Positions 27,385 to 32,000 of a DNA stretch of 32,000 nucleotides are shown piece after piece. Position 1 is the stretch's first letter. The number at the start of each line of letters is the position of its first letter. This stretch comes from Candidatus Scatovicinus merdipullorum (lineage in GTDB: Bacteria; Bacillota; Clostridia; Oscillospirales; Acutalibacteraceae). A program made the translations under genes and the position numbers. Below the pieces are notes generated by a model. That model worked only from the letters and a program-made list of their open reading frames with translations. It was not told the origin of the DNA and did not search any database. The DNA lies in NCBI GenBank assembly GCA_018712865.1, contig DVGH01000041.1, positions 21,516 to 53,515 of the forward strand. The letters are read 5' to 3'.

Positions 27385-27417
27385 GGCTGTCTTGGTGCGC
27401 ACCAGGGCAGCCTTTTT
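27385..27417 (+). terminator. Rho-independent terminator after hup
   Basis: Stem of about 12 bp, GGCTGTCTTGGT with ACCAGGGCAGCC (two G-U pairs), followed by T5 (27413-27417). Confidence 0.85.
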
Positions 27418-27448
27418 ATATAAAAAATTTTTGACAGGAGTTGTGTTT

Positions 27449-27691
27449 GTGAGATTAGATAAATATTTAAAGGTTGCAAGGATTATTAAGCGTAGGACGA
27501 TTGCAAACGAGGCGTGTGATGCGCAGCGGGTGTGTGTCAATGGGCGGCCGCAACGGGCTTCTTATACGGTTAAACCCGGTGATATTATTGAAATTCAGCT
27601 AGGAAATCGGCCGATGAAAGTGGAAGTCCTTGCGGTAAACGAACATATAAGAAAAGAAGACGCCGCACAAATGTATAGAATAATCCCTTGA
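27449..27691 (+). CDS. S4-domain RNA-binding protein (YabO / Hsp15-like)
   Basis: RLDKYLKVARIIKRR..A.......V.VNG. GTG 27449 is 8 nt after CAGGAG. The ORF-track start at 27392 lies inside the hup terminator hairpin. Confidence 0.85.
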   Translation: MRLDKYLKVARIIKRRTIANEACDAQRVCVNGRPQRASYTVKPGDIIEIQLGNRPMKVEVLAVNEHIRKEDAAQMYRIIP

Positions 27692-27696
27692 GTTCC

Positions 27697-27726
27697 GGTA
27701 TAAATGCCAGCACCTTCTCATAAAAT
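27697..27726 (+). promoter_or_regulatory. Candidate sigma-E-like sporulation promoter upstream of yabP
   Basis: GGTATAAA (27697-27704), 14 nt, then CATAAAAT (27719-27726). This resembles the remembered sigma-E -10 consensus CATACAAT. Confidence 0.3.
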
Positions 27727-27755
27727 TAACAGCAGGGATTATTTGGAGGTGCAAT

Positions 27756-28034
27756 ATGGCTGAAGAGAAAGTAAAGCAAAAAAAGCCGCACAGTATGATA
27801 TTGGAAAACAGAAATTTTCTTTCGCTTTCGGGCGTTTTAGACGTTGGAAGCTTTGACGAGCAGTCTGTAGTTATTTATACAGATTTTGGAGAGCTCAATA
27901 TCAAAGGCAGTACGCTGCATATCAATAAACTTAGTCTGGAAACGGGAGAAGTTTCTATAGACGGCGATATTGTATCGCTTATTTATACAGAAAACCGCCC
28001 TGCAGGCGGCTTGCTGACAAAGCTATTCAGATAG
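27756..28034 (+). CDS. yabP: Sporulation protein YabP
   Basis: 92 aa of YabP-like sequence (HSMILENRNFLSLSGV.DV.SFDE......T..G.L.IKG..L....L....G.V.I.G.I). RBS GGAGGTG. Synteny matches. Confidence 0.88.
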   Translation: MAEEKVKQKKPHSMILENRNFLSLSGVLDVGSFDEQSVVIYTDFGELNIKGSTLHINKLSLETGEVSIDGDIVSLIYTENRPAGGLLTKLFR

Positions 28035-28037
28035 GAT

Positions 28038-28580
28038 GTGGCATATGTGGAACTGCCGGAGCTCAATCAAACGCTCATTTTTTTTCTGGCGGTCGCGGCA
28101 GGTGCTGTGCTGGGTGTTGTATATGATGTTTTCCGTTTTTTAAGGGCGATGGGTCTGTGTTCATTTGTGCATACGTTTATTCAGGATATTCTTTTTATGT
28201 CTATAGCGGCTGTTTGCGCTTTCTTTTTTGCCATGGCCTATAATAATGGGGAGGTACGCGTATATACGGTAGCCGGACATCTATGCGGCCTTTTGGCTTA
28301 CCGCTTTACAATCGGTTTGCTCACAGGCCGTTTGTTTCTTTTGTTTGCAAGCGGAGGAAAAGCGCTGAAGCACGCCGCAATTGCGGTGTGCGGCCGGCTA
28401 AAGAGTGGCTTTTTTGCCTGTAAACGTACGTTTTTTAAAAAAAATATTATTTTTTATAAAAATCGTGAAAAAAAGAAGAAAAACAACTTGCAACTGAATT
28501 CTTCCTTGGTGTATAATAAAAAAAAGTTTTTTATTTTTTCCCGCGCTTGTAAAAAAGGAAAGGGGAACAAATATGTCTGA
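28038..28580 (+). CDS. yabQ: Spore cortex biosynthesis protein YabQ-like membrane protein
   Basis: It lies immediately after yabP and has 3-4 predicted TM helices followed by a Lys-rich tail. GTG start. The call rests mainly on synteny and topology. Confidence 0.7.
   Translation: MAYVELPELNQTLIFFLAVAAGAVLGVVYDVFRFLRAMGLCSFVHTFIQDILFMSIAAVCAFFFAMAYNNGEVRVYTVAGHLCGLLAYRFTIGLLTGRLFLLFASGGKALKHAAIAVCGRLKSGFFACKRTFFKKNIIFYKNREKKKKNNLQLNSSLVYNKKKFFIFSRACKKGKGNKYV
28488..28517 (+). promoter_or_regulatory. sigma-A type promoter for the divIC/ftsB-like gene, embedded in the yabQ 3' end
   Basis: TTGCAA (28488-28493), an 18-nt spacer, then TATAAT (28512-28517), in an A/T homopolymer-rich stretch. Confidence 0.45.
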
Positions 28581-28929
28581 TGTTGCAAATAAAAAAGTGA
28601 TTCAGGAAGTCAACCTGGAAGATTCAAAAAAGCAGAGAAAGCAAAAGAAAAAAAAGAAAAGCTTTGTTTTATACCTGGCTTTGGCCGGTTTTTCCATATA
28701 TGCAGTTGTTACGCTTGTCAATCAACAAATTCAGATTAATCAAAAAGAGGCGGAACTTTCCGCGCTGGAAAATGATATTATTATTCAAGAGGTTAAAAAT
28801 GAAGAGATAGCAGAAGTTTATAACTCTGATGAAAAGGACAATGCCTCTTATATTGAACGAATTGCGCGGGAGGAGTTTGATTATGCAAATCCAGACGAGC
28901 GCATTTTTATAAATATAGCAGGCGAATAA
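28573..28929 (+). CDS. divIC: Septum formation initiator (FtsB/DivIC family)
   Basis: Basic N-terminus, a single TM segment (LYLALAGFSIYAVVTLV), a coiled coil, and a C-terminal IERIAREEFDYANPDERIF box typical of the family. RBS AAGGAAAGGGGA. Confidence 0.88.
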   Translation: MSDVANKKVIQEVNLEDSKKQRKQKKKKKSFVLYLALAGFSIYAVVTLVNQQIQINQKEAELSALENDIIIQEVKNEEIAEVYNSDEKDNASYIERIAREEFDYANPDERIFINIAGE

Positions 28930-28978
28930 ACGGTTTTTCCGTATCTGACCCAACCGTCCAAGGAGGATAAGTTTTTTT

Positions 28979-29416
28979 ATGCAGCTTGAAGTCGGAAATA
29001 TTTTAGAAGGAAAAGTTACAGGAATCACAAATTTTGGCGCCTTTATAGATTTATCTGACGGTCTGACCGGCATGGTACATATTTCTGAAGTAGCGCCTAC
29101 TTATGTAAGCCAGATTCGTGACCATTTAAAAATTGGGCAGGAGGTCAAAGTGCGGGTCCTGTCTATCGGCGAAGATGGAAAGATCAGTTTGTCTATAAAA
29201 AAAGCAATGGAAAAACCGCGCACTGCTGAAAGAAGGCGTACGGCTTCGTCTGCGCCGCCTGTTAAAGGCCCTGGCGACTTTGAATGGCATAGTAAATTAA
29301 GCGAGCCTGCCAGCTTTGAAGATATGATGCTGCGCTTTAAGCAATCCAGTGACGAAAAGATGTCTGCGTTAAAAAGAGGGGAAAATACGCCGCGCAGACG
29401 TAAACCGCAAAAATAA
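28979..29416 (+). CDS. S1 RNA-binding domain protein (YabR-like)
   Basis: S1 fold string G.ILEGKVTGITNFGAFIDL..G.TGMVHISE...YV......L..GQEV.V.VL. RBS AAGGAGGA. Confidence 0.9.
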   Translation: MQLEVGNILEGKVTGITNFGAFIDLSDGLTGMVHISEVAPTYVSQIRDHLKIGQEVKVRVLSIGEDGKISLSIKKAMEKPRTAERRRTASSAPPVKGPGDFEWHSKLSEPASFEDMMLRFKQSSDEKMSALKRGENTPRRRKPQK

Positions 29417-29425
29417 ATGCTTTAA

Positions 29426-29451
29426 CCGACGCCTGTCAGGCGTCGGTTTTT
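29426..29451 (+). terminator. Rho-independent terminator after the S1 gene (may also serve the convergent HTH gene)
   Basis: Stem of 9 bp, CCGACGCCT with AGGCGTCGG, and a 3-nt loop, followed by T5 (29447-29451). Confidence 0.88.
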
Positions 29452-29509
29452 GTTGTATAAAGAAAACCACTTCGCCGGAAAAATCGGAATGCTCCCACGA
29501 AGGCTCATT

Positions 29510-29683
29510 TCATGCTATATTATATTTTTCAGCTATTGCCTGTGATATTTCTTTGCTTGGGGCGGATTTTCCGCTTTCCCAATCCGTTATATCATGCATC
29601 GCAACGCCCAAATATTCGGCCAATCTTTGCCGCAGCTCGGGCTGCGATTTTGTCAGGATTAATATTGCATCTCTTATATTCAT
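29510..29683 (-). CDS. Small XRE/Cro-type helix-turn-helix protein (57 aa)
   Basis: LAEYLGVAMHDITDWESGKSAPS resembles the HTH_3 pattern (LA..LGVS...IS.WE.GK..P). ATG 29683 is preferred over the TTG at 29698. The RBS is weak. Confidence 0.6.
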   Translation of the reverse strand: MNIRDAILILTKSQPELRQRLAEYLGVAMHDITDWESGKSAPSKEISQAIAEKYNIA

Positions 29684-29885
29684 ACACTTGCACCACAATT
29701 TTTTATTAAAATATAAATCAAAAATGACGCATGGTCGAGCCGGTTAAGCTTATTTTCTGCGTAAAATAGATTTAAAGTAAAATATAATAAGCGAATGATT
29801 TATTTATCCTATTAATATAACATTTAAAAGACTTAAAATAAAAATATTTTATAATTATAATTAGATAATACAGCGGCTAATAATG

Positions 29886-29914
29886 TTGACTTGGGGTTTT
29901 ATATAAAGTAAAAT
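29886..29914 (+). promoter_or_regulatory. Near-consensus sigma-A promoter for the MetRS-like gene
   Basis: TTGACT (29886-29891), a 17-nt spacer, then TAAAAT (29909-29914). It predicts a leader of about 95 nt. Confidence 0.6.
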
Positions 29915-30014
29915 AGGTATAGCAATTTTTGCCTATGCTTTGATAAAAGCGGAATTTTGCTTATATGAATGCAGGTTGGAAGGAGATCGGCTGGATTGGT
30001 CGGAATGTGTAAAT

Positions 30015-32000
30015 ATGACAGACAGTAAAAATAACGACATAAATATTGAGAAGCGCCCATCGTTTCCGAAGAGGGCAATAGTAACGGCCGGCATGCCTTA
30101 TGGGAATAAGGAGCTGCATTTCGGACATGTCGGCGGCGTGTTTATTCCGGCGGACATGATGGCAAGATTTCTGCGCGACAGGATAGGAAGCGAAAATGTT
30201 CTTTTTATTTCCGGCACCGACTGTTATGGCTCCACTATTGAAGAGGGGTTTGAAAAGCAGAAAGAAAACGGCGGATATACTGATATTCTTGAATATATAA
30301 AATCCAATCATGAAAAGCAGAAGTCGACGCTGGAGAAATTTTATATAAGCCTTGATTTGTTTGCAGCGTCGGCGTTCGGCGAGGCGGGCGAGATACACAA
30401 AAAGGTTTCCTGCGATATTTTTGAAAAATTTTATACTTCCGGTGCGCTTAAACTTGACAATGCGTATCAGTTCTATGATGAAGAGGCCGGCGCCTTTTTA
30501 AACGGCCGGCAGGTAGTGGGGCGCTGCCCTATAAGCGGCTGCAAGTCGGAGGCGGCGTACGCCAACGAATGCGCGCTTGGGCATCAGTATATGGAGCAGG
30601 GCCTCATAAACCCCATAAGCACTCTTACGGGAAAACGTCCGGTGCTAAAACCCACGCAGAACTGGTACATTGATATGGAAAAATATCGCGATGCTCTCAT
30701 AAAACGTCAGGACGAGCTACGCAAAAGAGACAATGTAAGGGAAAACCTTATAAGGGTGACGGACGAGTTTTACCGCGACCCGACTATATATGTAAAACGT
30801 GAGTTTATGCCACAGGCGCAGACTCTTTCAGATATGCCGGAATATACGGTAACAGACGACGAAAAGAAGCCGTCGGTCACACTGACTTTTTCGTGTCTGG
30901 CCGACCGAGAGAAAGCGTGTGAAATACTCAATAAAAACGACATACGCTATCGTACCGGCAAGACCATTGTGCCCTTTAGAATATCCGGCAACGGCGGCTG
31001 GGGCATAGCAGTGCCGGAAAAGGACGGCGTAAATGGGCGCACTTTCTGGGTGTGGCCGGAGTCTCTGTGGGCGCCGATATCATTTACAAAAGCGGCGCTT
31101 AAGATGCGCGGCTGCGATGATGACGAATGGCTTAAGTGGTGGACGGATGACGGCGCGGAAATATATCAATTTATAGGTGAGGATAATATATATTTTTACG
31201 GTATAGCCGAAACGGCAATGTTCATGGCGGCGTCAAAGCAGATGGAAAAAGGGTTGCGTCTGCCGAATATAATACCAAACCGGCATGTTTTCTTTATGGG
31301 AAACAAGGCCAGCAGCAGCGGCAAAATAAAGCCGCCTATGGCTGACAGATTGCTGGACTATTATACGCCTGAGCAGATGCGCATGCACTTTTTGGGAATG
31401 GCACTTTCCACTAAAAGCGTAAGCTTCAGTCCGCGCGCGTTTGCGCCGGAGGATGCAAAGCCGCAGGACAAATTTGACCCCGCGCTTAAAGAGGGAAGTC
31501 TGCTTACAAATGTATTTAACAGACTTGTGCGCTCCGGCTTTTACTCGCTGCAGAAGTATTTTGGCGGAATATTGCCGTATGGCGAGGTAAGCGCAGAGGT
31601 AAAGGAAAAGTGCGATAAACTTATACTAAAATACGAAGAGTGCATGTATAAATATGAGTTTAATGCTGTTATAGAAGAGCTTGACCTTTTTGTACGCGAC
31701 TGCAATAAGCGCTGGTCGGCAATAAGCCGCGAGGCTAAGGACGACGCGGAAGCTATGGGCCGGCTGCTTATCGATACTTTCCATGAAATACGTGTGCTGA
31801 CTACGCTTTATCATCCGATAGCGCCGGCGGGCTGTGAGATGATAAGGAAATATCTGCGTGTGCCGGAAAGCGTGTGGAACTGGGACAATATATTCGAGGA
31901 GATATATTTCTTCTTTGACAATGTGGATAATCATGAAATGAAGTTTTTAGAGCCGAGAATAGACTTTTTCGCTCCGCACGAAAGCCAAATTAAAAAATAG
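30015..32000 (+). CDS. Divergent class I aminoacyl-tRNA synthetase, MetRS-like paralogue (661 aa, complete; the stop is the last codon of the window)
   Basis: HIGH motif PYGNKELHFGHVGG, GTDCYG, zinc-knuckle CPISGC...ECALGH, WGIAVP, VW...APISF, and a C-terminal helical domain. The KMSKS position reads KASSS. The start is ambiguous among ATG 30015, CTG 29991 and TTG 29940. Confidence 0.8.
   Translation: MTDSKNNDINIEKRPSFPKRAIVTAGMPYGNKELHFGHVGGVFIPADMMARFLRDRIGSENVLFISGTDCYGSTIEEGFEKQKENGGYTDILEYIKSNHEKQKSTLEKFYISLDLFAASAFGEAGEIHKKVSCDIFEKFYTSGALKLDNAYQFYDEEAGAFLNGRQVVGRCPISGCKSEAAYANECALGHQYMEQGLINPISTLTGKRPVLKPTQNWYIDMEKYRDALIKRQDELRKRDNVRENLIRVTDEFYRDPTIYVKREFMPQAQTLSDMPEYTVTDDEKKPSVTLTFSCLADREKACEILNKNDIRYRTGKTIVPFRISGNGGWGIAVPEKDGVNGRTFWVWPESLWAPISFTKAALKMRGCDDDEWLKWWTDDGAEIYQFIGEDNIYFYGIAETAMFMAASKQMEKGLRLPNIIPNRHVFFMGNKASSSGKIKPPMADRLLDYYTPEQMRMHFLGMALSTKSVSFSPRAFAPEDAKPQDKFDPALKEGSLLTNVFNRLVRSGFYSLQKYFGGILPYGEVSAEVKEKCDKLILKYEECMYKYEFNAVIEELDLFVRDCNKRWSAISREAKDDAEAMGRLLIDTFHEIRVLTTLYHPIAPAGCEMIRKYLRVPESVWNWDNIFEEIYFFFDNVDNHEMKFLEPRIDFFAPHESQIKK

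Noticed and set aside
28038-28580. yabQ as a pseudogene or fusion because of its odd Lys-rich tail.
   Set aside because: The frame is uninterrupted and the membrane core is intact. The tail is better explained as read-through of regulatory DNA, as described in the findings.
29510-29760. XRE gene as the antitoxin of a toxin-antitoxin pair.
   Set aside because: There is no partner ORF of plausible size adjacent on either strand. The only nearby + strand ORFs (29512-29709 and 29553-29747) are shadow frames of the HTH gene.
29915-30014. T-box or other riboswitch leader upstream of the synthetase gene.
   Set aside because: The predicted leader is only about 95 nt. I could not find the conserved T-box sequence, a specifier-loop architecture or a terminator/antiterminator pair. 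This cannot be excluded without a covariance-model search.
1-32000. CRISPR arrays, IS elements, integrases, tRNA or rRNA genes, or long direct or inverted repeats.
   Set aside because: I noticed none while reading both strands. Every ORF of 60 aa or more that does not fall inside, or extend the start of, a called gene is a shadow frame. A computational repeat or tRNA scan would be needed to be certain.

Overview
This is a gene-dense chromosomal segment of a mid-GC Firmicute. Gene order and the sporulation genes yabP/yabQ suggest class Clostridia (inference). I call 34 protein genes, 31 on the + strand, mostly with tiny gaps or overlapping stop/start codons. I saw no rRNA, tRNA, CRISPR array, transposase or integrase.

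Blocks, in order:
(a) murD 3' end, then two tandem M42 aminopeptidases, a GNAT and a YnbB-type PLP enzyme.
(b) Minus-strand CPBP protease and tadA.
(c) The conserved nusB - xseAB - ispA - dxs - tlyA - nadK - argR - recN block, with a Kae1/TsaD-like gene where folD sits in B. subtilis.
(d) recJ - relA - dtd - MBL hydrolase - HemZ-like radical SAM - P-loop kinase.
(e) An orphan zinc-ribbon gene.
(f) The yabM(MurJ/SpoVB-like) - mazG - hup - S4(yabO) - yabP - yabQ - divIC/ftsB - S1(yabR) block.
(g) After the yabR terminator, a segment with different codon usage. It holds a small XRE-type HTH gene on the minus strand, a roughly 240 bp very AT-rich control region, and a complete, strongly divergent MetRS-like class I aminoacyl-tRNA synthetase paralogue.

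Block (g) is the only part that looks accessory and is my best candidate for something undescribed. The rest is housekeeping with a few oddities: an HU arm substitution, tightly coupled cassettes of unknown function, and a promoter embedded in the yabQ tail.

All family assignments come from motif recognition by eye and remembered reference sequences. No searches were run, and several ORF-track starts were re-assigned from RBS, promoter or terminator positions.
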